From contig NW_004797271.1 in the NCBI RefSeq assembly GCF_000002075.1, positions 2,575,341 to 2,639,146 of the forward strand: a stretch of DNA of 63,806 nt. The letters are read 5' to 3'. Origin of the DNA: Aplysia californica (lineage: Eukaryota). The notes beneath the pieces are model-generated. The model ran no database searches, was not told the DNA's origin, and saw nothing but the letters and a program-made list of their open reading frames with translations. Of this stretch, positions 1-13,300 are shown piece by piece (position 1 is the first letter of the stretch; each line of letters begins with the position of its first letter). The position numbers and the translations under genes are program-made.

Positions 1-370
1 CACCTCCCCCCCCCCCCAACCCCCACATTAGATCTATACCGCCAACCCCGCTTTGTCAATGTAAGAAAAGACCCGCTAATAATAAACGTAGAATTTGTGT
101 CTTTACATCGCTATCCACCCACTGTCTGAGTTGTATGGTTCCTATTAATCCAATGTAAATTTGTAACGTTATTATACTGCTAGAGCCAATTGGCTGCCAG
201 GGGGAGTCTGCACACTACACATGACACTCACTCAGTAACTGCTTGATAATCTGTTTCCCACAGACGTCTCTGCGAGTTCAAATATAAAATAATATATATA
301 CTGGTACATATATAGTACAATAATAATAATAATAATAATAATATAATGTATACTGGTACATATATAGTAC

Positions 371-404
<34 letters not shown>

Positions 405-597
405 TAATATATATATATTACGATATATAATTGTACATTTCAGTCAAGTGCTCATACATAATAATCATTCTTCGCTATGTAAGTAGATCATGAACAACTC
501 TAATGAGCGCGATTGACATGAAAGCACATAGTTAGTAGTCAATATAACTAGTTGTATTTGTATAATGACAGGAATTCCAAGTACCGGTGAGTAAATG

Positions 598-638
598 AGT
601 GCGTGTGCGAGTGTGTGTGTGTGCATGTGTGCGTGTGC

Positions 639-673
<35 letters not shown>

Positions 674-821
674 TGTGTGTGTGTGTGTGTGCGTGTGTGC
701 GAGCGTGTGTGTGAGAGAGGGAGACAGAGAGACACAAACAGGGAGAAGAAACACTGACACACACACACACACGCAGAGAGAGAGAGAGAGAGAGGGGGGG
801 GGGAGGGAGAGGGAGAGAGAT

Positions 822-865
<44 letters not shown>
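598..865. repeat. (GT)n, (CA)n and (GA)n microsatellite cluster
   Basis: Directly visible; source of the spurious ORFs at 465-1037. Confidence 0.95.
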
Positions 866-867
<2 letters not shown>

Positions 868-1998
868 ATTTGTATCATCTTGTTAGACGCTCTGGCATGG
901 TCAACGCGCCACACCTCTACAGTGTGATCCCAAATAAAAAAAACTGTACAACTTTTTTGTTGATATGTTCCTCCACACTGAAGTTTTGCGTTTCAAATTT
1001 GTACACAACCTTTGGAAGTGAAAAGGAATTTGTCTGATATTCATTTTTTTAGATGAATCCACAAAATAGTTTTGCTCTACAAAGCGCGTAAAAAGCAACC
1101 CATTTTCAGCTACGTCCCCATTTTTGTAGCATGACGCACTAGTTCGCATTAGGCCTATCATTAAAAATCCCAACGATTGCGCCATATTGCAAACTACAGT
1201 AGTCTAACAGACCAACAGAAGTTTGCAGACAGTTTTTCTCAAGTTTCCTTTGCCTGCTGAGATCATGGTTAAGATTAGTAAAGAACGGAAAGCTTCTTGT
1301 ATTGAACATTTCCTCACCACCAACTCATTCCATAAGTTTCACGCAAGATACGAAAATAATGTTTAAGTGCCTTTAATAGGCCTTCTTTGATGTCAAGGGT
1401 GGACATGGTCCATCAGTTAGGACCTGTAGAGAATCAGAACTAAAAATTCCCAGACAAAACGACAATTTCAGGTTAAACACACACCGTTCGCACCCCTACC
1501 TTAAACGTCACAAGGGTGCAGAATTCAGTAGATGAGCCCCATGAGACGTCTGTCCGTAGACGATGTCTGAAGCGATGACTTTCCTACATCTCAACGGTTC
1601 GCATTCTAATTCTCAAGGCAGATCTTCATCTACGACTGTACCCTTTTCCCGTTCGCGAAGCTGTCATAGGATAACAATGTACTGATGATTCCTCGAACGT
1701 CTTGAAAAGCGTGAACATTTCCTCTATGACATTTGGTTCCTTGGCAAAGCCCGTATTCACCTTTCAGGTTTTATCAACTCCACAAATGCTGTCTATTTGG
1801 GCAACCTCACCCCCCCCCCCCCCATATTATCTCTAGAAACAGCAAGGTGTACAGTGTGTTTGGCTGTGACTACTCATGATTGAGTGGATCCTTGTGTTTG
1901 GCCACCACTGAATATTACGAGCGACGCGTTAAAATGTGTCGAGTCCACAGGAAGACATACAGACAGACCATGGGTTGTCGGAATTCAAGTATACCCCC

Positions 1999-2098
1999 NN
2001 NNNNNNNNNNNNNNNNNNNNNNNNNNNNNNNNNNNNNNNNNNNNNNNNNNNNNNNNNNNNNNNNNNNNNNNNNNNNNNNNNNNNNNNNNNNNNNNNNN
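1999..2098. other. Assembly gap (100 N)
   Basis: N run flanked by poly-C. Confidence 0.99.
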
Positions 2099-2795
2099 CC
2101 CCCCCCCCCCCCCCCCCCATTTTTTTAACTCTGAGGGAGAAAAGAAATATTGTCTAAAGATTACAGGGATGGAAAAGATAAGATTTTAAAAATAAAAGGA
2201 AAGGAAAAAACAAACCAATCATTTCATGACTTTCCTTACAAGATCTTTTTAATTGGTGTATTTTGCATTTACAGGTGGTTTTTTTTATAAAAGCCAATTC
2301 CGTTTTCGAAAATAAATTTCTTCTCTGTGAATTTTATTTCAAACAAATTCCTATTGAATGAATTATATCGGTTCCAAATTACAACATTCTAGTACAAATT
2401 TTGTGCGAGATATTCAGAAAAAAAGTTGAATTTTTGTTTTTAAAAATATTATTCTGTAGGCCTACTTCTCTTCATTATCTTCGTAGTTTAAACATCTCGC
2501 GAAAGGATAGCCGGCGTCTGAGGTGTAGTGACTACGCGCTTCGCTTTTGAACACAGGAGACACGAATTCCCTTCCCAAGTGGGGAGAACTTTTTATCGAG
2601 TATCCCTCTAAGCCCGGATCTGCCCTGACAGGCGTAGTCTGAAGCCCGCCTCCTAAATGATCTACACTGTGTTGATAGGGGCGTAAAACACGGACATTTA
2701 AGATGGAGGATGGTATTCATCACGTGTATTGCGTGGGCTGGCTATATACTCAAGACTTGCTTTAAATGCCCGTTGTTACGAAGGTACATTATAAT

Positions 2796-2967
2796 CACCG
2801 AACCTGTCCAATACAACCACCAATTGTCGAAAGTAAAAAAAGTCGTCATCTGAGACAGATGATCCTCTTGGACAATGTCACTGTAATAAGGAGGGGGTGG
2901 GGGTGGGAAGTGGTCGTTTGTACAGATGACTGTCTTGAACAGGTGGTCGTTACAGCAAGTTTGACTG
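2796..2967. mobile_element. Tc1/mariner-like MITE (degenerate)
   Basis: CGAACCTGTCCAATACAACCACC ... GGTGGTCGTTACAGCAAGTTTGACTG, similar to 54348-54522. Confidence 0.6.
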
Positions 2968-3128
2968 CACATAAATGTATTCAGTTTGTCTTTCAATCTT
3001 TAATACATGTATTTACCTAGCTAGACTACAATGAAAAGTTTGATTCCGTTAAAAGGATACTTTCTTCTGTCCGCTCGAGACACCCATTTATTTGAAATAT
3101 GCTAATATTGTTTTGTACCTGCAAAGGT

Positions 3129-4977
3129 TCATCATCATTGCCATTTTCGCCCTGGATCAGGATATAGACCACGAACAAACTCAAACACTTTCCACCTTTC
3201 CCTATCCTGAGCGAGTCGCTTGACCTCACTCCATGTCTTCCCATTTTTCTGTATATTCATTTCCGTGACTCTTCTCCAGGTTCCACGTGGTCTACCCCTT
3301 GATCCTTTACCCTGTGGGTTCCAATCTAACACTTTCCTTTTTAAGCAGCTGTTTGATTTAGCGAAATTGAGTCCAATCCATCGCCAACGCCTTCATCCCA
3401 CTTCATCTCCGACTAGGCTCTGCCTCGTTCTTCTTAATACTAATACATGTACTTCCTCGTTGGTGATCCTCAGTAGCTTCCTCGGAGTCAGACACTTGTT
3501 CAAGAAAACCTGGATCCTCTTAAAGCACGTCTGAGATGCGTTCCATGTTTAATTCCATTTCCATACAACAGGACTGACTTCACATTTGAGTTGAAAATCC
3601 TCAGTTTTGTTCGTCGTAGTGAGATATCCCTGATCCTCCAAATCCTGTTCAAAGAAATAAATGCAGTCTGTGCCTTTCCAACACGGGACTTTATTTCAGC
3701 GCCTGTTCCTCCCTCTCTGTCAATTATACACCCAAGATAGCAGAAACGTCTTCTAGTGCATTTCCCTCTACTGTGACCTGCTCCTTTCTTAGTGCATTCT
3801 ATCCTTAGGACTTTTGACTTTCCAGGGTGGATCCTCAATCCAACAGACTTTGATAGGCAGTTTAAAATTGTGGTCTTTGCTTGCATCTCTTCCTGAGCGT
3901 GTGACAGAAGCGCCAAGTCATCCGCAAAATCCAGATCGTTCAACTGTGTCCATGGGGTTAACTGTAAGCCGTTTCTGTGTCATCTGGTGGTTTCCTTCAT
4001 CAGCTAGTCGATTCCCAAGATAGAAGAGAAAAGTTTATCATAAACATCCCTGTCTCAAACCGGACTTGATGTCAAAGCTGTCAGTGAGCGGACCATCATG
4101 TACAACCCTGCAACTTGTCCCTTCGCACATGCTCCTGATGAGGTTCACCAACTTCTGTGGGATTCCGTGATGTCTCAGTATCTTCCACAGTGTTGCTCGG
4201 TCTATACTGACAAAGGCCTTCTCATAGTCAAGAAAGTTGACGATGAACTGGGAGTTCCACTCAAGGGACTGTTCCACAATGATCCTCAGCGTGACAATCT
4301 GGTCCGTGGTTGACCGATTTGTCCGAAAACCAGCTTGTTCATCCCGAAGTCTTGGATCCGTTGCAGTCTTGATTCTCTCCAGAATGATTTTGTTGAAGAC
4401 CTTACTTGATATTGAAAGAAGAGTGATTCCTCGGTAGTTGCTGCAGTTGCTGAGATCCCCGTTTTTTAGGAAGTTTCACAAGGTGTCCTTCTTTCTAATC
4501 CTTTTGGAACTTGCTCTCATTCCAGATCCTGGTAAACAACGGGAGAAGGAGGTCTGCCGTCACATTTGCATCTGCTTTTAGGGACTCAAGTGGAATCTGA
4601 TCAGGACCGGACGCTTTACCGTTGTTCAGCTTCTTAATGGCATCCATAATTTCTTGTTTCGATGGAGCATCACGGCAGATTGGCAACTTATTTCTTGCTG
4701 GCAGGATGTTTGGCGGGTTACTTGGTGGTGATCTGTTCAGGAGACTGTTGAAATGCTCTACCCATCGTCTTGACTGAGCTTCCTTTCCAAAAATGGTTTT
4801 TCCCTCCTGGTCCTTTACTGTTGTTACTTCTGGTTTCCCATATTTTCCAGATAGAGTATTTGTAGTCTGGTAAAGGATTCGCATGTTCCCTCCTGCTGCT
4901 GCCTCCTCTGCCCTCTCTGCCAGTCTGTTCATGAATTCCTCATCCCCTTGTTCTACTTGCATTTGCTTCTGCCTTCA
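3129..4977 (-). mobile_element. Decayed, 5'-truncated RTE-clade LINE (reverse transcriptase pseudogene)
   Basis: Frameshifted RT fragments: KASGPDQIP, FLDYEKAFVSIDR, GLRQGCL, DLDFADDLALL, CYLGCII, FNSNVKSVLLYG, WNPQGKGSRGRPRGTWRR. Ends in a (TGA)n tail. Confidence 0.93.
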
Positions 4978-5007
4978 GTTGTCTTCTAATCCTAATTAAA
5001 TCCATGA

Positions 5008-5175
5008 GGGGCTCTCGTGGTAAAGAGGTAAATGTGTTCGCCTCTCATTCAATAGGTCCAGGGTTCAAATCCGAATAGCGACGGAAAATTTCAATTGTGT
5101 TCTGGTGCTAATCATTTCCAATTACTGTTGGCTAATCCATTCCTTGTGTTCCAATTTCTTCACCTGTAAATATTA
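5008..5175 (+). mobile_element. Degenerate tRNA-derived SINE
   Basis: A box TGGTAAAGAGG (5018) and B box GGTTCAAATCC (5062); no complete cloverleaf. Confidence 0.55.
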
Positions 5176-5784
5176 ATGACTGCTAAATGTGGTTGTTAGT
5201 TCCCACTCTTTCCTACCCCAGTCCTGTAACTGTGTTACATCTTTTTTCCAAAAGAGACAATCAGAATTCCGGCATGTTTTCCTTGTACTCAAACAAAAAA
5301 TATTCAAGAAATTTCACGATCTGCATTGGAAATTACACAAAGATACAGACCCCTTTAAACTTATTTAGAAAACTTGAACATATTGTTGTGGGTGACAGGT
5401 GTATAAATAAATATATTTTAAATATGCATGTATACATGTCTATACATGTGTATATGCAAGTCTTTTTTAGAACATCTAAGCGAGGAAATGAATGGAGAAC
5501 CACAATCGCGGATGTCTGTTTCAGATCTGGCACTTTATGATAACAATATGTATTTTTAAAAAGTTAATGTCGCAACACGGGACGCAGGCTCAAAGGCTGG
5601 ACGGATCCTGTTTCGAGTGAGCATGTCCACATTTGAAGGGTAAATCACTTTGTACTTTAACAAGGCCTCTGACTCGGAGAGGAACTCATTCAAATATCAA
5701 AGAAGGATAAGCATTTTTACTAAATTTCCCCAAATTAGCCAAGTCCAATACTGAGTTACATTGGCCGGATTACCAGCACTCTAT

Positions 5785-5966
5785 CAGTTTTTAATTTTAG
5801 TAAGTGTTTTACTGCACTTGCAACACAATAAGGTCATACAAGTGCCGAAGATTAGAGGTATTACAAGAGAGTAATAAACACAAAAAAAAGGAGGGGAGAT
5901 AAAGACGATAGATGTTTGAAAGGAAAGGAGAAGCAAACCACACCATAGCACCCACCAACCACCCAC
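5785..5966 (-). mobile_element. Short retroposon family A (variant hairpin)
   Basis: Same body; TSD CACTCTAT; hairpin GGCACTT...AAGTGC. Confidence 0.85.
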
Positions 5967-6022
5967 ACTCTATGAGTGTGTGCTTGTGTTTGTGTGTGTG
6001 GTGAGAGAGAGATAGAGAGAGA

Positions 6023-6070
<48 letters not shown>

Positions 6071-6117
6071 AAGCGTTTGACAGTGAGATTCACTAGCATT
6101 TTTACTTAATTTACATG

Positions 6118-6562
6118 TATATGAGTAGGCATCGTGGCAAAATCAGGTGCTTGTCAAAACAATGAAATCGAAGAAAATAACATTATTCCTCCAGTTGTGC
6201 AATTTCTATCAATTTTGTTTCGTTTTGGGCTCAACACCTTTTATATCCAATTAAAGGCACATTTTTGGTTGAATTAACCTGAAAAACATTGACCAAAGGC
6301 TAAAAAAATGCAAATTTGTAGTTTCCAGGGATACTCAAGCTTTGGAAGTCACCAAATTTTGGCAGCCATTTTCTTGATAATTTTACCTGAGATACCAGGC
6401 GACCCCCACCTCATTCAATCACAAATATTTCGACTTCTTTTCAAGATAGATGGCTACTTTTAAAATCAAAAGCAAGACAAATAAACATGCTTAGGATGAT
6501 ACCAATAACTTCATATGCTTAAAAAACTGAAGAGCACCTGATTCCACTATGTATCCTGACAT
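6118..6562 (+). mobile_element. Unclassified TIR MITE family (~440 bp), copy 1
   Basis: TIR core GTGG..AATCAGGTGCT / AGCACCTGATTCCAC; homologous to 38327-38767, 52817-53253 and 54567-54876. Confidence 0.75.
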
Positions 6563-6689
6563 GAGTACAAAATTTCCACACAATGATCATGTTCAATACT
6601 GAGCCACTGTGGCTGGGCTACCAGCACTTTTTCTCATTGAACTATTTGACAGAAAAAACCAAAATATTACAGAAATATCTTTGAGAGTA

Positions 6690-9600
6690 TAATATATATG
6701 TTTATTGAATTTATCAATTTTGAGTGTGTGTGCGTGTGACAAAAAGTATGCATGAGCAGAAAGAAGAAAAAAAAAAGAATTGAGTATTAAAAATGTTATC
6801 ATCTTTCCAAAAGACTAACAAGTGGCTCTAAAACAACATGCACATGTTGGGCAACCATAATCAACCCCTGCCCCTCCCCCTCAAAACTTGCTACTTGATT
6901 TCATTTCAAAATAGAAAACTTGCATTTCCTACCATTTCTGTTTGTGTCCAAAAGGTTCACACACCTTTCAGAAGTTCTGCAACTAACGTCTTCTTTATGA
7001 AATCCCACCCAATACAAGCACATTCTAAAACTCATAAAAAACAAAATTGTAGGGTAAGGGATGAAGGCATTAAAAAAACAAACAAAAACAAAACGAGCAA
7101 CAGGTACCATGGTATTTCATCAGGTATTAAATATTTTAATATCTTAGCTGTATACATAAATTCACTAGAGACATTGTGCACACTCACTGTTGCCAGCAAT
7201 ATGTAACTTGACAATTCACTTCTATAGTTACAAGACAAATCATCTCACGACTCTTGCGTTTTACATGAATCCATAAAAATGTGTATAGCCAAGACCATAT
7301 CGCCCCTTGAACAGGAACGAAGTTGAGAAGACTTAAACAGTAACTGATATTGTTCTGGTTCTCAGACAACATGCAAAAAAGACAATGTGTGAAATTGTAT
7401 AGGTTTACCGCCCCTTGCCACACAGTAAGGTTATTTAAGAGGCGGGACCTCTGAATTTAACTTCCATCTAAGACATTAAATGCTTGTCACTCCTATGACA
7501 AAATTTAAAAACCTGTAAGAGTAACTACATTGACCTGCACAAGAAGAAATTGCGAAAAAGCCTGATACCATTATCCAACAGGAACCAGGTTTGACGGTTC
7601 AGTTGAAGGTTAGGACTTTCATACATATATTATATATGTGATAAACTCAAAGAGCTCTTAATAATGTAAAGGATTGGTAGCATCTCCAACAGTAGTTCAC
7701 TGACAAGACCATGTCAAAAGTGACTGCTAAAAGACAAAAAGGATAGGAAGGGGAAAAGGGAATAAAAAGGCAACATAAGATTATGCAAAATTGCATATTG
7801 TACTGTCGATTTGAAAAAAGCTCCAAAAAAACAACTAAACAAACGAGAAAATGCTCTAAAAAAGTATGACAAACATGCCCTTGCTTTTTCCAAAAGACTT
7901 TCTGCATTTGTAATAAAAATGAGTATGGTAGTCTTTCACAACCCAGGCTTAGGTCCCAAGGCATCATTCTTCTCTTTCAGTTAAATATCGATACATATTA
8001 GGACGTTTTACAGAAAAAAAAATAAAAACCACATCACCTGGGCATTAGGACTATACATGGAATAAAGTCTGTTTTAGTATTGTAAAGAATTACAGTATTC
8101 CCTTGCCATATAGATCACATTTCACGGACTTGTATATCCCAGTTCTTTCTAGCTGAAATGAGAAATCTATGGAAACTCTATAAACAACAATATAGAGAAA
8201 ACCCATGTATAGGAAGTTTTAATTTGGAGTAAAATTACTATAGGCAAACATCTTTTTTGATATCACTGATCTCTCAAAATCTGAGGATAAAAAGGGTTTT
8301 TAAGAAGCTAGGAGAGGTTCATGGTAGTGCAGGGAGATACCATGAACGCATAAATTAAGAAATAAATATATATATCTTTTTTATTCTGCTTCACAGATTC
8401 CCCCCATTGTGAAAGGTTCTGGAAGGTAATTTCCAAAATAATCGAAGGAATACTGTACTTCAGTCAGCCTATTTCAGACCGGAGAAAAGAAAAAATTTAA
8501 ACTTCGTTATAAAAAGTCTTTTCAAAGTTAAAGCTACTCTCAACAGACAAAAATATTAACCATGTTTTCCTTGTCACCATCTTTTCTCTTGGCTACAGGA
8601 TTACAAACAGCTCTGGTGCTCATCCAATCCCCACAAGAGAGTGCGATCATTTCCTAGCAAGAAGAACTTAGGTGACACAGAAATGTTAAAGCCATGAAAC
8701 AATAACATGTAAGCTCTCAGGCACTAAACGAAGTAAATGTTCCACCACAGACCGGTTCCCTTCTCCACCTATTTTTTTCATATCACCAAAAAGACCTTTA
8801 CTTCAAGTAGAGTTAGGGCCCCGAAAGTTGATCCACAAGTTCACTCAAATCTTCCAATCATCATCCTCTACAGTGATTGAGGCATAGGAGCAATAAGAAA
8901 AGCCAAATAAACGTAAGAGAAATTCTGACAGAAAAATCAGACACAGCAAAACAGAATGAATCAAAAACTTTTTATAGTCCGGTTACACAATAAACTTGAA
9001 AGCAACCCTGCATCAACAGCTCCTTTGATGTACAGTCACTGACAATGATGCAGCGTGGTGGCATTTCTCAGGTGTCTCATTGACAAGACGGAGAATTTCT
9101 GAAACTAACTGGCTGGTCAGCAATAAGAAATGCCCCGCTTAGCATATAAACAACAAAAAGGGGAAGGTGAAGTGCCAAACAGGAAACAAGTCTGAAGCAT
9201 TCCTCCTAAATAATCTCAAGGACATTTCAGACAAAATGGCACCCCCCTCACTTCAGATTTCTGGCACAAAGCACCGTACCATCTCCCACACATTAACTTT
9301 GAGCCAGAATTTTTTGCAGCCTGAGGAATGACTGCACCAGTGAAGAAGGAACTTGGATGAAGTTAAAGAAAAAGAAACAAACAAGTATGTAAACAAAATC
9401 ATGGCAAGTGACTTGTATTTCAGTAATTTTTACACAGCTTGGAGAATAGATGAGCGCACATAAGGAACGAGCATTATCAAAAAAGAAACAAAAACAAAAA
9501 AACAACACTTGTGAAATAGACATTGCATTGTCATTCCTCATTTACAGAGCACAATTTTCACATTTAAATTACATACAAAACAGAAAATATATAAAAGAAA

Positions 9601-10207
9601 CAATACAAAATGCATGGTTGCCAAAAAACAAAAACAAACACCACCCTTACTGGCACTATCACCAATATGCTGAGTTTCTAAACTCAAATTTAACTTTCCC
9701 TTGTCAGTACAAAAGCATCCTTAAGACTAAACCATGTTAATATACCAGATAAATATCCAAATTGATAATGGTTGCATTTCCCTGAAAATTGCAGTCCTAA
9801 TGCAGATGAATTTCCTTCAAATTCACAAAAATATTACTTTATTACCTTATAAAAATAGTCACATGCTGTCTGTGGAACCTTTTTTATTGTTATCGACCAG
9901 CCCACAGATATCACAAAGGGAACAACAGAACTAAAATGTCAAATTTTACTAGGTCACTAATGAAAGCATGATTGATGGACAAATCCAAGGCCAATGAAAG
10001 GGTCCACGTTACCCTTTTTAGAAGTACCAAACGACAAACACACTTACACAGCATGAATTCTTAAATAATAATTCTAAGCAAAAGGATAATACAGACCATG
10101 GGGGTTTTTTTGTGTGTTTTTTTTCTTCTTCTTTATATCATGTAACAGGTGACATTATGTTGTTTGTATAACACATGACAAATGATTTTGGTCCAGTCAT
10201 AGCATTT
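6690..10207 (-). other. SNX3: Probable long (~3.5 kb) SNX3 3' UTR
   Basis: Follows the stop codon; T-rich on the sense strand; no recognisable transposon copies; AATAAA on the minus strand at 6701-6706. The end point is inferred. Confidence 0.45.
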
Positions 10208-10313
10208 TCACGTGGTCCTGATCTTCCCCGGAACATAGTTTTTGTCAATAACCGGTTCTTGCAGGAACATATGCAAACACTTCTCGTTCTGGGCTAATGG
10301 GTGGCCAGCAACT
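10208..10313 (-). CDS. SNX3: SNX3/12 coding exon 4 (terminal)
   Basis: Acceptor TTTTCCCAG|; [18 protein letters not shown]...PGKIRTT followed by TGA. Confidence 0.95.
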
Positions 10314-13300
10314 CTGGGAAAAGAAAAAGTTGGAAAAAATTGAACAGCTAATAGCAAAATTCCTCCCACAGTAAACCTACTGTGCTTTCTGTCACCTCAT
10401 TAAATACTATGCAGAAGGCTATTATCCCATTGTTATAGAGGGTCACCAGAACACTTCATGGCGGCATGTGAACATTTGATGAGGAGCCAAGGCGAACAAT
10501 GCCACATGCGGGTGGGAGGGGGCATATATCTGTAGCTCAAGAATGGGAAGTGTACGAATGGTACACCTTTGAGAGAAACAAATAATTTAGTCTCCATGAA
10601 AAAAAAAAGAACAGCACACTTACCCTTTGCAAATCTACAGCATACTCTGTGCTACACAAAGTCTAAGGAAGATCTCGTCAGTTGTTTTAGTAGAGGGATT
10701 TACGGCGCTCGCAACTGCATAAGGTCATATGAGCACCAGAAGATTAGAGGTGTTACAAGAGAGTAACAAACATAAAAAAGAAGAAAGGGAGATAAGGACG
10801 ATAGATGTTTGATAGGAAAGAAGAAGCAAACCACACCAGAGCACCCGCCAACCACCCACAGATCTCGTCAGTAAACTTATAGATTAGGTCATAGGCTATT
10901 TGGAGTTCGAGACGGAAGGAAAAGTAGTAATAGTTATTTACTTGTGCCAGACTCCTCATATTGTTATTAAAAGCAATTAAGGGAAGCATATCAAAACAAG
11001 TTTTTGAGAGCTTTTTATTGTAAGGTATTTTCCAAAACATGTGGTAGGCTTTTCAAAGATTTTAAAAGGTCATTTAAAAATAATCTGAGCCGCAATATGC
11101 AGGAAAAAGTCTCATACTTCGTGCTAGATAGCCTCGGCAGCTTTCATGAAAAAAGCTTTTACAGCATGCAGGAATAAAAAAAAAAGTTAATATCTCCATG
11201 ACAACCGTTTGGTCACAAGAAGCAATGGTCTAAACAGGAAGTGCAAAACAGTCAAGTGAAAAATAAACTGAGCGATGAGGGAATGAGGAATGAGTGTTAC
11301 AAAAACATGACACAAGATGTAGTAATCTTGGTGATTTTTTTTTTTTTTAGGCTGACCTTTCTAACAGATGCAAAACAGAACATTTCATTCTTCATTCCAT
11401 GACCAAACTCATATCAAATGCTCATTTTGAATCCAGTTGGGATGATTAACAGCAATTTCAGTGCACAATATGAAAAAAACAAACAACTGAACTTCTTTAA
11501 CACTTTGCAGGCACTTGGCGCAATTATGTGCAGGTGAAAATTATCCGTTCTGGTCACCTGGCGTACTTTTACGCCAGGTCCGAAAAGTCTGTTGCAGTCA
11601 CTCTCCTGGCTGGGCGACCAGATGGAGTGGGTTTTTTTTCTAAGATTAGATCTAAATGAAACTAAAGAAAAACTGAAAATTAAACTACAGTGAATTCAGT
11701 GCACCCTTTAAATGATTCTGAACCACAGTTAATTTTTTCAAGTTCGAAAATTAAGCGGTTCGGAAGCTTTTAGCGACCAAAGTGACAATCTTTCACAAAT
11801 ATAATATATATATATATACTCTTTAACATTTTTAACTTCACACCTCATATTAAACGCAATATCTTGATTAATACTTAACGAATCTGTCCGAAATTTTCAG
11901 CTTACGTGACAAGTGTAAAAATTTCAAATTAATTGGAAGTGTAGTTTTTGAGCTACACGCTTCTAAAATATGTGAAGTTAAAAATGTTAATTAGTACAGT
12001 CAAACCTGCCCTGACGGCCACCTCTATAAGACGGCCACTTTACATTTCCCCCCTTGTGTTTTTTTCTATATAATTTAACTGTGTAAAACTGGCAACTGTC
12101 CAGCGGCCACCATAATTTAACACACAACCCCTTTCACACTAAACAATAACACCTGTCTTAGACGGCCACCTTAGAGACTCCATTACGTTTTGTCATAAAT
12201 TGAGCATTGACCCCTGGCGTTGTGTGCAAGCCGCCATAATCCAATCACCTTTCGTTGTAGTTAGGTAGTCCCTCCAACCGATCACTGTTGACCAATAGGT
12301 AACAAATTTTCAGCTGCTGGTGAGGTAAGCGTGTGATCCCTCATAACCATAAGCCCCGCCCAGAACTCGTACACAAATCATAAGCGAGATGAGTGGTCTC
12401 TGTTTATCCAGTCTGTAACAAAGTAACAAAGGACGTCAACATGAACTTTTGACAGAAGTGTCGCTCGTTCTCCGAGTGGTGGCGATCCATGTGTTTGTTT
12501 TACCACAGCACTTGGTCCTCCTTGTCTGACACATTTCGATTTATTGTCACCCTTGAAAAAAAAAAGACCCCCCCCCCCCCCCCCTGTAAAAACAACAACA
12601 ACAATGCGGCTACCTTCGGTTGGGACCTCAGAAAGGAATGGTTTGTTTTCTTCATCTTGATCAGTCTTGCCTAAGACGGCCCCCTGTCTTATGCGGCCAC
12701 TTTTCTTCTTGACAATGGATGGCAGTCTTACACAGGTTCAACTGTATATAGATGTCAATAGCTTTCTAGATATATAAGTTTCAGCGTCTCCAAATCTACA
12801 CTAACATTACAGTAGTTTCCGCCTAAACGCACGCCATACAAAGGGACGCTCCGCTCAAACCCACACTTTCGTCATATGACAGGTTTTTTACTACATAATT
12901 TAAACGTACAAACGCACGGTCACTCCATCTAGAAGTAAGCTCTGATCCGCAAAACACGCTGATGGGTAAAGTTTGACAAATGGAAATTTATAACCTACTT
13001 GTTCATTAAACCACAAGAGAAATGTTTCTCTGAATGTAGAGACCTATGATTCTGATGTCGTCCATGAATTTGCGGTCGGGGGTGGTCGCTAGGACAGCCA
13101 CATAGCTGGGCTGTCATCTCTATGACTATCACCAACAGTTTCCTCTTATGCTATCTGTTCCCGACATTTTATGGTGTATATCATTACATTGAGTCTGTCT
13201 TTCTGCCCTCCCTCAACGCTTTTGTATTCTTAACCGCAGTCGGGGAATCCTTCACAAAACAGTCACGTGTCACCACATTATCGGCCAAAGTGCCTCCCTC

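Noticed and set aside
465-1037. Several ORFs of 74-149 aa
   Set aside because: They are translations of (GT)n/(GA)n microsatellites. The same applies to ORFs at 5809-6099, 33737-34036, 42634-42933, 53322-54211 and parts of 59529-60177.
1880-2189. ORFs crossing the N gaps (also 48611-48865)
   Set aside because: Artefacts of N runs and poly-C.
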